Shown here in pieces: positions 38,923 to 48,450 of a stretch of DNA of 64,000 bases (position 1 is the stretch's first letter; each line of letters opens with the position of its first letter). Location of the stretch: NCBI GenBank assembly GCA_964550615.1, contig CAZKAB010000001.1:76786-140785 (forward strand). Direction: 5' to 3'. This stretch comes from an uncultured Thermotogae bacterium. GTDB taxonomy: Bacteria; Bipolaricaulota; Bipolaricaulia; UBA7950; UBA9294. Both the position numbers and the translations under genes were made by a program. A model generated the notes under the pieces. That model did no database searches and was not told where the DNA came from. It saw only the letters and a list, made by a program, of their open reading frames with translations.

Positions 38923-38926
38923 ACTA

Positions 38927-39208
38927 CTAGCCCCCTCCGACAGGCGGGAGAACGCTCAGACGATCGCCATCCTGTAGCTCTGTGTGAAAACCCTTCTTGA
39001 ATCTGACGTTCGCTCCGTTCTGCAGCACGTTGATGAAGGCACGGATGTCTCCGTCATCCGTGAATATGCGCGGGAGAATCTCGGGAAAGCGTTTCACGAG
39101 CGCGTGCAGCCCCGCGGCGACATCCGACCCGTCTTCCAATATGAGTGTCACGGGATGCTCCGAAAGCTCTTCCCTAAACGAGAAGGAGATCTCCACAGTC
39201 ACTTTCAT
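38927..39208 (-). CDS. MoaD/ThiS/SAMP-like ubiquitin-fold small protein ending in GGG
   Basis: 93 aa. The C-terminus ...INVLQNGANVRFKKGFHTELQDGDRLSVLPPVGGG matches the beta-grasp sulfur-carrier pattern (..vNg..v....t.L.dGDev.i.PPvsGG). ATGA overlap with the upstream amidohydrolase stop. Confidence 0.75.
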   Translation of the reverse strand: MKVTVEISFSFREELSEHPVTLILEDGSDVAAGLHALVKRFPEILPRIFTDDGDIRAFINVLQNGANVRFKKGFHTELQDGDRLSVLPPVGGG

Positions 39209-40566
39209 CGGCCGTGTATGAGCGAGAGCGAAATCTCGTTGTGGCGAGGGACCAGCCTGTACAACGATTCATCCACGAGTCGGCCGTCGCGGACGCGGAC
39301 CACGCCGTTTACCATGCCAGTATCGACTCGATCGGTGCCACAATGGACAATCGCCGCAAGTGGATCTGATAGAGCACCGGCAAACTCAATCCCGGTCGTG
39401 TCGAATGCAATCAAGTCTGCGGCCTTTCCCACTTCGATCGAGCCAATCTCATCATCGCGCCCCAGCACGCGCGCTCCTCCCATGGTCGCAAGATACAGCG
39501 CATCTCTCGCCGAAAGTGCGCCCGCCCCATACCGTACCCGTTGTAGGAGCATCGTTTGCCTGACTTCACGAACCATGTTCGACGTGTCATTGCTTGCCGA
39601 TCCGTCGACCCCGATTCCGATTTTCATCGCCGTGTCTTTCAGCTCGGCCACCGGCGCTATTCCCGACCCTAGGGTCATGTTGGAACTCGGGCAATGTGCC
39701 ATTCCGCAGCCTGCGGCGGCAAGCTTGCCTTTGTCGGCGGTACTCAGATGAACGAGATGGGCAAACCACACGTCTTGTCGAAGCCAGCCAAGATCCTCCA
39801 TGTAGTCAACGGGCCGTGCTCCGAACTTCTCGACACAGAATTCCTCCTCATCCCGTGTCTCGGCAAGGTGCGTATGGAGAAGGACGTTATGCTCGCGTGC
39901 GAGGTCGAGCGACCGCCGCATCAAATCGGCGGTCACGGAAAACGGAGAACATGGGGCAAGCGCCACCCGCAGCATCGCGAACGGTTTAGCATCGTGATAT
40001 CGCTCGATCGCTCGCTGGCAGTCAGACAGGATCTCGTCCTCGGTCTGAACGACGCTGTCGGGAGGGAGGCCACCGTCTTTGCGTGACAGAGACATCGATC
40101 CTCGACACGGATGAAAACGGATGCCGCTCATAATCCCGCCTTCGACCTCCGCGTCGAAGATCGACGGATAGCCATGCGGGAAGAGATAGAAATGATCCGT
40201 CGTCGTCGTTGCTCCCGACAAAAGCAGTTCACTGCAGCCAATGGCGGCACTGACCCTTACCGCTTCGGGATCGAGTTGCTCCCACCGCTCATAGAGAAAT
40301 ACGAGCCAATCGAACAATTCACTATCGGCCGCCCCCGGGACGTTGCGAAACAACGTCTGATACAAGTGGTGGTGAGTGTTCACAAATCCGGGAAGTAGTA
40401 CCTTCCCGTGTCCGTCGATCACACGATCCGCGTCGATGTCGGCTGCGTCTTCGAGCACGCGCTTGATCACATTCCCTTCAACGAGAACGCTGCCACCGCG
40501 GATCTCGCGGCGCTCGTCGTCCATTGTCGCCACCAGATCAAAGTTGCGAAACAGTGTCTTTGACAT
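39205..40566 (-). CDS. Amidohydrolase superfamily deaminase/chlorohydrolase (8-oxoguanine deaminase / AtzB / SsnA-like)
   Basis: 453 aa. The metal-binding motif is LPGFVNTHHHLYQT, and later HLAET and HCPSSN motifs are typical of the guanine/cytosine-deaminase-like branch. The exact subfamily cannot be resolved by eye. Confidence 0.8.
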   Translation of the reverse strand: MSKTLFRNFDLVATMDDERREIRGGSVLVEGNVIKRVLEDAADIDADRVIDGHGKVLLPGFVNTHHHLYQTLFRNVPGAADSELFDWLVFLYERWEQLDPEAVRVSAAIGCSELLLSGATTTTDHFYLFPHGYPSIFDAEVEGGIMSGIRFHPCRGSMSLSRKDGGLPPDSVVQTEDEILSDCQRAIERYHDAKPFAMLRVALAPCSPFSVTADLMRRSLDLAREHNVLLHTHLAETRDEEEFCVEKFGARPVDYMEDLGWLRQDVWFAHLVHLSTADKGKLAAAGCGMAHCPSSNMTLGSGIAPVAELKDTAMKIGIGVDGSASNDTSNMVREVRQTMLLQRVRYGAGALSARDALYLATMGGARVLGRDDEIGSIEVGKAADLIAFDTTGIEFAGALSDPLAAIVHCGTDRVDTGMVNGVVRVRDGRLVDESLYRLVPRHNEISLSLIHGR

Positions 40567-40569
40567 CGT

Positions 40570-41604
40570 CTAGCCCGTACTAAGATCGGCTTCGCCTGCG
40601 GTCTCTAGGAATGCGGCAAGAAGCGAGATCGCCGATTCAAGGTCATCCTTGTGTGACATCTCAACAATGGAATGAACATAGCGAGATGGAAGTGAAAGCG
40701 TAATTGCTGCTGAGCCCGACTGCGCCCGCTGCATCGCACCAGCGTCGGTACCGCCGCGCGGTAGTACCTCCATCTGGAACGGGATATTCCTTTCCTTGGC
40801 GAGGTTCTTCATCGTTCGCACCAATCCGGAGTGTGAGATCGATGCGCTATCGGCGAGTTTGATCGCCACTCCGTCTCCCAGCTTCGTTATCTGCTGCGCG
40901 CCTGAGACCCCGGGCATATCCACCGCTAGTGTCGTGTCGAGCGCAATTGCAATCTCGGGATTGACGGCAAACCCTGCTACCTGTGCCCCGCGCAGTCCCA
41001 CCTCTTCTTGAGTGGTCCCAACGAAGTACAGATCACACATGGTCTTCTTCGCACGCTTGATCGCCTCAATTCCAATGTAAACGCCGGCGCGGTCATCGAG
41101 CGCCTTTCCGGACACGCATGTCTCTCCAGCAAGAAAATCCTGTCGCATGGTGACCATATCGCCCACTGATACCAGTTCTCGCACGCGCTTTTCGGGAAGA
41201 CCGAGATCCACGAACAGGTCTTTCAACTCGGGGAGTTTCTTCCGCTCCTCTTCGGTCATGATGTGGATCGGCTTGCTGCCGATGCAGCCAATCAACTCCT
41301 GCGTATCGGCATGTACAATCACACGTTGCGCAATCAGAGTCTTGACATCGAAACCTCCCAAAGGATGAATCCGCAGGAAGCCCGTTTCTTTCTCGACATA
41401 GCTCACGATGAATCCGATCTCATCCATATGCGCGGCAATCATCACCACCGGCCCGTCTCCGTTGCGATGGGCGATCAGATTGCCAAGTGAATCAGTGTCA
41501 ATCGTATCCACATGCCCTTCAAGCGCTTTCGTAATGATCTCACGAATTTGCTCTTCATGTCCGGGGATTCCGGCCGCCTCGCTCAGTTGTTTCAGAAGCT
41601 CCAT
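40570..41604 (-). CDS. M42 family aminopeptidase (FrvX/CelM-like)
   Basis: 344 aa with the motifs GIPGHEEQIRE, AAHMDEIGF, ALDDRAG and TQEEVGLRGA, which are characteristic of M42 glutamyl aminopeptidases. Confidence 0.85.
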   Translation of the reverse strand: MELLKQLSEAAGIPGHEEQIREIITKALEGHVDTIDTDSLGNLIAHRNGDGPVVMIAAHMDEIGFIVSYVEKETGFLRIHPLGGFDVKTLIAQRVIVHADTQELIGCIGSKPIHIMTEEERKKLPELKDLFVDLGLPEKRVRELVSVGDMVTMRQDFLAGETCVSGKALDDRAGVYIGIEAIKRAKKTMCDLYFVGTTQEEVGLRGAQVAGFAVNPEIAIALDTTLAVDMPGVSGAQQITKLGDGVAIKLADSASISHSGLVRTMKNLAKERNIPFQMEVLPRGGTDAGAMQRAQSGSAAITLSLPSRYVHSIVEMSHKDDLESAISLLAAFLETAGEADLSTG

Positions 41605-41697
41605 AGATCCTCCTTGTGCGTGTCGTCGTCATTGTACAGATTACGCTCTGCGCATCAACGCTTGTAAAGGCATCTCTCTCGTGGCTATGATCACGCC

Positions 41698-42492
41698 ATG
41701 ATCCCACTTCGCGACTATAGACAGAGCAGAACCTTCCCTGTGATTACTGTCGCGTTGATCATTATTAACCTGCTTCTGTTCTCGTATCAACTCACGCACA
41801 GCTCGCGTGAGACGCTGACGCTTGACGTCTCCTCGTGGCACGATTACGGGATGAATTTCGCCGACATGTCGAGGCCGGTTTCCTTTGTACGAATATCACC
41901 GCGGGACACATTCGTATTCGCATACGGATTCATTCCAGGAGAGTTTCTGTCGGGAAAGGATCTGCCGCCGACGATTGCCCTTCCATTGTTGATAACGCTT
42001 TTTAGTTCGATGTTTATACATGGTGGCCTTCTGCATCTCCTCGGAAACATGCTTTACCTCTGGATATTCGGCGATAATGTAGAAGACGCAATGGGTCATG
42101 GAAGGTTTCTCGTTTTCTATCTCCTATGCGGACTTATCGCAACAGCAGCGCAGACGGCAATTTCTTCCCACAGCCCTATTCCGCAGATCGGCGCATCGGG
42201 CGCGATTGCCGGCGTCCTCGCAGCGTACTTCATGCTCTTTCCATACTCTCGCGTCCTTACACTCATCCCCATCTTCTTCTTCGTGCGATTGATAGCGATC
42301 CCCGCCGTCTTCCTTCTCGGCGTTTGGTTCCTGTTTCAAGTCGTAAGCGGCGCGACGACCACCGCCGCCGGCGGTGGAGTGGCGTTCTTTGCCCACATCG
42401 GCGGATTCCTCGCAGGCGGATTGCTTGTATTCATCTTTCGCCGGCGCAGCGTGCCGGTCACGTTATGGCAATCGATCCGTCGCCGCTTCTGA
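41698..42492 (+). CDS. Rhomboid family intramembrane serine protease
   Basis: It has six or more TM segments, the catalytic GASGAIAG motif and a downstream AHIGGFLAG histidine motif. Confidence 0.85.
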   Translation: MIPLRDYRQSRTFPVITVALIIINLLLFSYQLTHSSRETLTLDVSSWHDYGMNFADMSRPVSFVRISPRDTFVFAYGFIPGEFLSGKDLPPTIALPLLITLFSSMFIHGGLLHLLGNMLYLWIFGDNVEDAMGHGRFLVFYLLCGLIATAAQTAISSHSPIPQIGASGAIAGVLAAYFMLFPYSRVLTLIPIFFFVRLIAIPAVFLLGVWFLFQVVSGATTTAAGGGVAFFAHIGGFLAGGLLVFIFRRRSVPVTLWQSIRRRF

Positions 42493-42567
42493 TGTGCTGA
42501 CGAGTTCACACTTCAAGATCGTCGCCACAAGAGCTAGCGCTCTTCCCACAAGCAAGATGTCGCAACC

Positions 42568-42596
42568 TTCACATCAGGCATGAAACCTGGTATGAT
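42568..42596 (+). promoter_or_regulatory. Candidate promoter for the beta-helix protein gene (TTCACA-N17-TATGAT with upstream TG)
   Basis: TTCACA is at 42568-42573 and TATGAT at 42591-42596, with TGG immediately upstream. Confidence 0.4.
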
Positions 42597-42634
42597 GGTT
42601 TACCGCATCCAGATCGATAAAGGGGTGATGAGGA

Positions 42635-43447
42635 ATGCGAAGAGGTGCACTCCTAGGTGTCACCGTTGTATTTGTACTTCTTGTTGGCAGTGTGGCGCTG
42701 GCGTCCGACGGCACGTTGGTCGATCACCATCCGATCGTCATCGGGAGTAATTACGAGTTCACATCCGACAATGGCGTTGTATCAGGATCGGGGACAAGCG
42801 ATGATCCATACATCATTGAGGGATGGAAGATCGACGCCGGATATCACAAGTACGGAATCAGCATCCATCGCACTGATAGATACGTCGTCATTCGCAATGT
42901 TCAGGTGAGCGGCGCGTCACAGTCCGCTATCCTGTTGAGCTATGTAGAGAACGCAACGATTGCCTACTGCACACTCTCGGGAAATTGGATTGGGGTCACG
43001 CTCAACTTCGCATCAGCGAATATGATCCGGGAATGCAAGATTGCAAATAATACCGACGGCGTCCATCTCTACTTCGCACACGACAATCAGATATTCCAGA
43101 ACGTCGTCTCCAAGAACGACACCGGAATCTGGTTCGACGCCTCTAATACTAATGAGATAATCAGAAACGAGATATCGTCGAACCACATGGGGGTCTATCT
43201 CGATCTGGGCGCGCAAGGGAACCTCGTCTACCACAACGCCTTCATCGACAACTACCACAACGCCCACAGTGTTGATGTCAACCAATGGGACAAGGACGGC
43301 GAAGGCAACTACTGGTCGGATTGGAAGGCAATAGATGCAGATGGAAATGGTATCTGGGACTCTCCATATGTGATCCGCAGCCAGGGGGATCAAGACAACT
43401 TCCCGCTTGTGACCCCTCCGAATCTTCAGACATCCAGAAGCAAATAG
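42635..43447 (+). CDS. Secreted right-handed parallel beta-helix repeat protein (NosD-like)
   Basis: It has a signal peptide followed by repetitive approx 22-residue units (..N.I..N.i..N..GI.l) typical of NosD/pectate-lyase-like beta-helices. The N-terminal GSGTSDDPYIIEGW motif is common in this family. Confidence 0.7.
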   Translation: MRRGALLGVTVVFVLLVGSVALASDGTLVDHHPIVIGSNYEFTSDNGVVSGSGTSDDPYIIEGWKIDAGYHKYGISIHRTDRYVVIRNVQVSGASQSAILLSYVENATIAYCTLSGNWIGVTLNFASANMIRECKIANNTDGVHLYFAHDNQIFQNVVSKNDTGIWFDASNTNEIIRNEISSNHMGVYLDLGAQGNLVYHNAFIDNYHNAHSVDVNQWDKDGEGNYWSDWKAIDADGNGIWDSPYVIRSQGDQDNFPLVTPPNLQTSRSK

Positions 43448-43561
43448 TCGGAACGAAATGGCCGCGATCGTCAACCGCTTTCGCGGTCGGTTCTATCGTT
43501 TGTCAGTACTTGACTGCCCGCGGCACACATACCGCTTATCTGTCTTCTTTGTGGAGGGCCA

Positions 43562-44587
43562 ATGTGTCCTGAGAAATTCTCTCACTACCTACAAGGCGAG
43601 ATCCCTTATCCCTTGACGCATGTGCTCGTTCAGGACATACACACCGGTCAACGGATCAGCCAGTGCTTCCTGGTTAGGCAGAAGACCCAGCGAGCCACAC
43701 GTGCAGGTGATCCATATCTGGAGATCGTCCTTGCCGATAGATCTGGGATGATCCCTGCACGCGCCTGGGCCGATGCGACACAGCGGTTCATGACGCAGTT
43801 TGATGAGGGAGATTTCGTCTTCGTCGAAGGCCGGGTGGAAACCTACCGCAACGCGTTGCAAATCATTGTTGAGACGATCAGGCGATTGGAGACGTACGAG
43901 AAAGAAACGGGAAAGGTAGCAGGGTTCGACCCCGGGCTTCTTGTCCCGACAAGCGAACGCGACCCCGAGGAGATGTGGACCCAACTGCAGACTCTCATAG
44001 GGACCATTACTCCCGAGCAGCTCCGGCAGTTGGTGGCGGACGTTGTAAACGAGAACGCCGAAGCGTTCCGCACATTCCCAGCCGCAGTTCAGTACCATCA
44101 TGCCTACTTGAGCGGATTGCTTGAGCACACGCTGGAGGTTACCGTCGGCGTGCATCGCCACGCCGAGGATTCAATCCTCGATCAGGGGATGGCCACTGCA
44201 GGGGCGATCCTGCATGATATAGGCAAAATAATAGAGCTTGAGAACCCAATCGCGCCCCGCTACAGCAGCGACGGTCAACTAAGTGGTCACCTCGTCATCG
44301 GGCGGGATATGGTTCGCGATGCAGCGAGAAAGATCGAGTGGAGTGATCCCCGCATTCCGGTGCTTCTGGAGCACATCATCATCTCACACCACGGAGCACT
44401 GGAATTCGGCGCCGCCGTTCTTCCCAAGACCGCCGAGGCAATCGCCATCTACTACTTCGACAACCTGTCAGCTCAGCTGAACATGGTCAAGATGCACATC
44501 ACTCAGGACAACGAGCAAGGCGATTTCACCGATTGGCACGGCCTGCTGAAGCGGAAGTTTTTTAAGGGAATCGATCCGCAGGACTGA
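43562..44587 (+). CDS. OB-fold plus HD-domain 3'-5' exoribonuclease (YhaM-like)
   Basis: It has an N-terminal OB-like segment (..LEIVLADRSGMIPARAW...GDFVFVEGRVETYRNALQI) and an HD domain (HHAYLSGLLEHTL...ILHDIGK...ISHHG). Confidence 0.7.
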   Translation: MCPEKFSHYLQGEIPYPLTHVLVQDIHTGQRISQCFLVRQKTQRATRAGDPYLEIVLADRSGMIPARAWADATQRFMTQFDEGDFVFVEGRVETYRNALQIIVETIRRLETYEKETGKVAGFDPGLLVPTSERDPEEMWTQLQTLIGTITPEQLRQLVADVVNENAEAFRTFPAAVQYHHAYLSGLLEHTLEVTVGVHRHAEDSILDQGMATAGAILHDIGKIIELENPIAPRYSSDGQLSGHLVIGRDMVRDAARKIEWSDPRIPVLLEHIIISHHGALEFGAAVLPKTAEAIAIYYFDNLSAQLNMVKMHITQDNEQGDFTDWHGLLKRKFFKGIDPQD

Positions 44588-44619
44588 CGGCTAGCTCCTT
44601 TTTCGATCGCGTCATCCGT

Positions 44620-45600
44620 TTACAGATGAGGAACCCCCATATTCAGCGCCGCCTCGGCGATATTGAACGCATAATCGCGGATGCGAAGCAAGCTATCAAA
44701 AATGGTCGCAAGCCCCGGTGCGTTTTTCCCGCCCTTTGCCACCCGCACCTGTTCCTCCCATTTGGGAGTACGGTCACGTTCGGTGAGTGCATTGTTGGCC
44801 TCGGTGAGGTCAGAGTTCAGGAATGCCTCGACGCTGCGCGAGGCGATCGCCTCGGCATCCGCGGCAAGCGTGGTTATGTTCGTGATCGTTTCGTCGGAAA
44901 GCTGGCCGCTGATGCCGGCGACAGCCCGCGAAATCTTGACAGAATGGTCCCCGATCCGTTCGAGGATCTTCGCAGCACCGTGATATTCATGGAACAGGAT
45001 ACGGCTCATGCCGATCTCTTTCTCCAAGAGCAAGTCACGCAGCAGCAGTCCCAACTCGCGTGACATGACACGAGTAAGTCGATCAGCTTCGGTATCACGC
45101 TCGATAACGTCATTCGCCAGATCGATATCCAGAGAGACAAACGCGCTCACCGCATCACGCAACATCGCCTGCGTGATAGCGAATATTCTTCGCAAGGTCG
45201 CCTCCGCCGCGAAATCGCGCATGCTTACGAGACAATGCAGTACGATGCGATCCTGCGCTTCGTCCATGATCTCCAATCCAACAAGCGACTGCGCCACCTG
45301 TCGCACCGCTCGCCGCTGTCCGGGAGAGATACGCGCACCATCGACCTCAATCACATCAAATCCAGTGATATAGCAAGATATAATCGCCCGTTCTATCCAT
45401 ACGGCGTCCTTGCCTTCCAGAGATAGCGAGACGCGATTCTCACTCTTCAGGTCGTGCGGAACTAGGAGAAGGCTGCCGGTTGTGTTCTCGACCACCGTGA
45501 CTTCCGATCCCTGATGAATCCCGACTCCCGTTGCCCATTCTTTTGGGAGGGTGACGAAGAATGTTCCTCCGCCGGTTATTTGCACCTTGCGTCTGTCCAT
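44620..45600 (-). CDS. AbrB/SpoVT-domain plus PhoU-domain fusion protein (archaeal-type phosphate uptake regulator-like)
   Basis: ORF 44620..45684. The start at ATG 45600 has GGAGGAG upstream. The N-terminal [31 protein letters not shown] is a SpoVT/AbrB swapped-hairpin signature. The remainder is helical with PhoU-like repeats ([13 protein letters not shown]). Confidence 0.7.
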   Translation of the reverse strand: MDRRKVQITGGGTFFVTLPKEWATGVGIHQGSEVTVVENTTGSLLLVPHDLKSENRVSLSLEGKDAVWIERAIISCYITGFDVIEVDGARISPGQRRAVRQVAQSLVGLEIMDEAQDRIVLHCLVSMRDFAAEATLRRIFAITQAMLRDAVSAFVSLDIDLANDVIERDTEADRLTRVMSRELGLLLRDLLLEKEIGMSRILFHEYHGAAKILERIGDHSVKISRAVAGISGQLSDETITNITTLAADAEAIASRSVEAFLNSDLTEANNALTERDRTPKWEEQVRVAKGGKNAPGLATIFDSLLRIRDYAFNIAEAALNMGVPHL

Positions 45601-45661
45601 TTCTCCTCCGGTCTGAGTATAGATAACCTGAGATGTATATACAAACCTACGGGCAATGCCT

Positions 45662-45689
45662 TTGCTCCCGGCGAAAGAGTCCATATAAT
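45662..45689 (+). promoter_or_regulatory. Candidate sigma70 promoter for aspS (TTGCTC-N16-TATAAT)
   Basis: TTGCTC is at 45662-45667 and TATAAT at 45684-45689. The aspS ATG lies 35 nt downstream, with GAAGGAG as SD. Confidence 0.5.
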
Positions 45690-45723
45690 CTCCCTCATAC
45701 TCGACCTAGCGAAGGAGCGTTTC

Positions 45724-47466
45724 ATGAACAGAAGTGATTACTGCGCGCATCTGTCAGCAAAAGACATCGACCGACGAGTGACCCTATGTGGCTGGGTGAA
45801 GCGCCGCCGCGATTTGGGTAGCCTCACGTTCGTTGATCTGCGCGATAGCTCGGGCGTGATCCAGCTCCTGTTTCCCGGTGACGATCCACAGCTTGCCGCC
45901 GGGCATACGCTCAACCGCGAGGATGTCATCGCCGCTACGGGAACAGTCTACGCCCGCAGTGAAGGGAACGTGAATCCAGAGATGGCAACCGGCGAGATCG
46001 AAGTGCGGATAGACGAGGTGGAGATTCTCAACCGCTCTCACACGCCGCCCTTTCTCGTTGAAGGTAACGGCTCCGACACGACCGAAGAGACACGACTTCG
46101 TTATCGCTACGTCGACCTGCGCCGAGAACGGATGCAGCGCAATCTGACGCTGCGGCACCGGGTGTTTCACAGCGTAAGAAACTACTTCTCCGACCACAGC
46201 TTTCTGGAGATCGAAACTCCCGTTCTTACCAAGTCCACACCGGAAGGCGCGCGCGACTTCCTCGTCCCCAGCCGCTTCTTCCCTGGATCGTTCTTCGCCT
46301 TGCCGCAGTCGCCGCAGCTGTTCAAGCAGCTGTTCATGATCGGAGGAATAGATCGCTACTTCCAGCTTGTCAAGTGTTTCCGAGACGAAGACCTACGCGC
46401 CGACCGCCAACCCGAGTTCACCCAGCTCGACCTCGAAGTCTCGTTTCCGCACGGCAAAGACGAAATCTTCACGCTTCTTGAGGGAACGTTGCGCGAGGTC
46501 TTCCGCAAAACGCTGTCGATCGACCTGCCGATTCCGTTTCCCCGTCTGACGCACGCGCAGGCGCTTGCTCGCTACGGTTCGGACAAGCCGGACCTCAGAT
46601 TCGGCATGGAAATCCACGACATATCCGCCACTGCGAGAGACAGCGGGTTCAACGTCTTTGCCGACGCTGTTTCCAACGGAGGCAAGGTGGCTGGAATCGT
46701 CGCCAAGGGGTGCGCTGACTACTCGCGCTCGCAGATCGATGGACTCCAAGAGATCGCCGTGCGCGCTGGAGCTAAGGGGCTTTCCTTCATCAAGGTGAAG
46801 GAGAACATCTCGTCACCACTCGCGAAATTCATCCCAGATGAGATCATGAGGCGGATAACGAGGGAACTCGGAGCAGAGGCCGGCGACCTCGTTCTCATAC
46901 TCGCGGGAGAAGGAATCGAGAAGGCGTTGGGTGAATTGCGGCTGACAATTGCAGGGCAGAATGAGCTTGCGAAAGACGGATGGAACTTCCTGTGGGTGAC
47001 CGACTTTCCCCTGTTCGGACTCGACGAACACGGACGACTTGCGAGTGAGCATCACCCGTTCACATCGCCGCGGGACGAAGACCTGGCGAAGATCGAGGAG
47101 TCCCCGCTGGCTGTATTGTCGAACGCCTACGATCTGGTCCTAAACGGCGTCGAGATGGGGAGTGGAAGCATAAGGATCCACTCGCGCGCACTGCAAGAGA
47201 GGATCTTCAATCTCCTCGGGATTTCGGCACACGAGGCCGAGGACCGGTTCGGCTTCTTCCTGCGAGCTCTCGAGTACGGAGCTCCGCCGCACGGAGGGTT
47301 TGCGCTTGGTCTGGACCGCCTAGTGATGCTGATCGCCGGAGAGGACTCGTTGCGGGACGTCATTGCCTTCCCAAAAACGACGACTGGGACGTGCCTGTTG
47401 ACCGATGCACCGATGCCCGTCGATGCGGCGCAACTAGAGGATCTAGGCTTGGCGCGCACGGATTGA
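45724..47466 (+). CDS. aspS: Aspartate--tRNA ligase (bacterial type)
   Basis: ORF 45514..47466. The start at ATG 45724 ([41 protein letters not shown]) gives the canonical AspRS N-terminus. Class II motifs are present ([30 protein letters not shown]). Confidence 0.95.
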   Translation: MNRSDYCAHLSAKDIDRRVTLCGWVKRRRDLGSLTFVDLRDSSGVIQLLFPGDDPQLAAGHTLNREDVIAATGTVYARSEGNVNPEMATGEIEVRIDEVEILNRSHTPPFLVEGNGSDTTEETRLRYRYVDLRRERMQRNLTLRHRVFHSVRNYFSDHSFLEIETPVLTKSTPEGARDFLVPSRFFPGSFFALPQSPQLFKQLFMIGGIDRYFQLVKCFRDEDLRADRQPEFTQLDLEVSFPHGKDEIFTLLEGTLREVFRKTLSIDLPIPFPRLTHAQALARYGSDKPDLRFGMEIHDISATARDSGFNVFADAVSNGGKVAGIVAKGCADYSRSQIDGLQEIAVRAGAKGLSFIKVKENISSPLAKFIPDEIMRRITRELGAEAGDLVLILAGEGIEKALGELRLTIAGQNELAKDGWNFLWVTDFPLFGLDEHGRLASEHHPFTSPRDEDLAKIEESPLAVLSNAYDLVLNGVEMGSGSIRIHSRALQERIFNLLGISAHEAEDRFGFFLRALEYGAPPHGGFALGLDRLVMLIAGEDSLRDVIAFPKTTTGTCLLTDAPMPVDAAQLEDLGLARTD

Positions 47467-47550
47467 TCGCGTGCCTTTCATCTCCGCCTGTCGTGTCCGG
47501 CGGCTTCGCTGCTTGCAGCATATGATCCGCAGATGCAGCACTGAGCGTAC

Positions 47551-48450
47551 TTGGAGACAAGCAGATTGAACCGACAACGTTTGTTTCTCGTCGTGGTGCT
47601 CGTTGCCTTGTTTGCGGGCCTCTTCGTCCTCATCGGCGGCATAAACAGCTTCCAGCCCCTGCCCGGCAAGCGCCTCCCCAATCCATTCGCCGCTTTGCGA
47701 AACCGAGCCACCGAACTCGAGCCTGATGAATCGGTCTTCGGAGCGGACGCAATTGTCCGCCTCATTCAGGCACTGTTCGTTCTAGGAGCTGCGGTCATTC
47801 TGTTAAACCTTATCATATCGCGTCGGTTTCGTAAGCAGCTGGCATTGATACTCGTGCTGCTACTGTTGGGCACATTCGTGATTTCTCATATCAAGATCCC
47901 CGACAGAGGCAACTCATCTCTTGCCGCCAGCTCAGGCGGACCCAGCTCGTCAGTCTCGAGTGACGAACCGCGGCCCGAGATCCCGCCTGCTTCTGCCTCT
48001 AATTGGTTTGTTATCCTGATCGCGGCGGTTTCCTCCATTATCGTCGCCGGACTCGCGTTGCTGTTCTATCTCAACGTGTATCCAGCGATGCGCAAACGCC
48101 GCGTGACAGAAGAGACGATCCTCGACAAACTCGGCAAACAAGCAGGACAGGCAATAAGACGGATACTGGACGGCGACGATCCGCGTGCCGCCATCCTGAG
48201 GTGTTACCAGGAAATGAGTACAATCATGAGCCGGGCCGAGCGCCTTCCCAACTTCTCTTATTTCACGCCACGTGAATTCGCGTCACACCTACGCCTTCGT
48301 GGCATGAAGGATGAACATGTCGACCGTCTCACCGCGATCTTCGAGGCTGTCAGGTACGGCGGACGAAGCGGCTCGGGATTCGTTAATGAGGCCCTTGCTT
48401 GCCTTCAGTCAATCCAGCTTACGTACGCCACCGACGAGGAGAGACTGTGA
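47551..48450 (+). CDS. Membrane protein with a C-terminal DUF4129-like domain
   Basis: It has N-terminal and central TM helices. The C-terminal segment ILRCYQEMSTIMSRAERLPNFSYFTPREFASHLRLRG...LTAIFEAVRYGG matches the DUF4129 pattern (TPrE...Y..aRYg). The start is uncertain: TTG 47551, or TTG 47566 with GGAGA upstream. Confidence 0.6.
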   Translation: METSRLNRQRLFLVVVLVALFAGLFVLIGGINSFQPLPGKRLPNPFAALRNRATELEPDESVFGADAIVRLIQALFVLGAAVILLNLIISRRFRKQLALILVLLLLGTFVISHIKIPDRGNSSLAASSGGPSSSVSSDEPRPEIPPASASNWFVILIAAVSSIIVAGLALLFYLNVYPAMRKRRVTEETILDKLGKQAGQAIRRILDGDDPRAAILRCYQEMSTIMSRAERLPNFSYFTPREFASHLRLRGMKDEHVDRLTAIFEAVRYGGRSGSGFVNEALACLQSIQLTYATDEERL

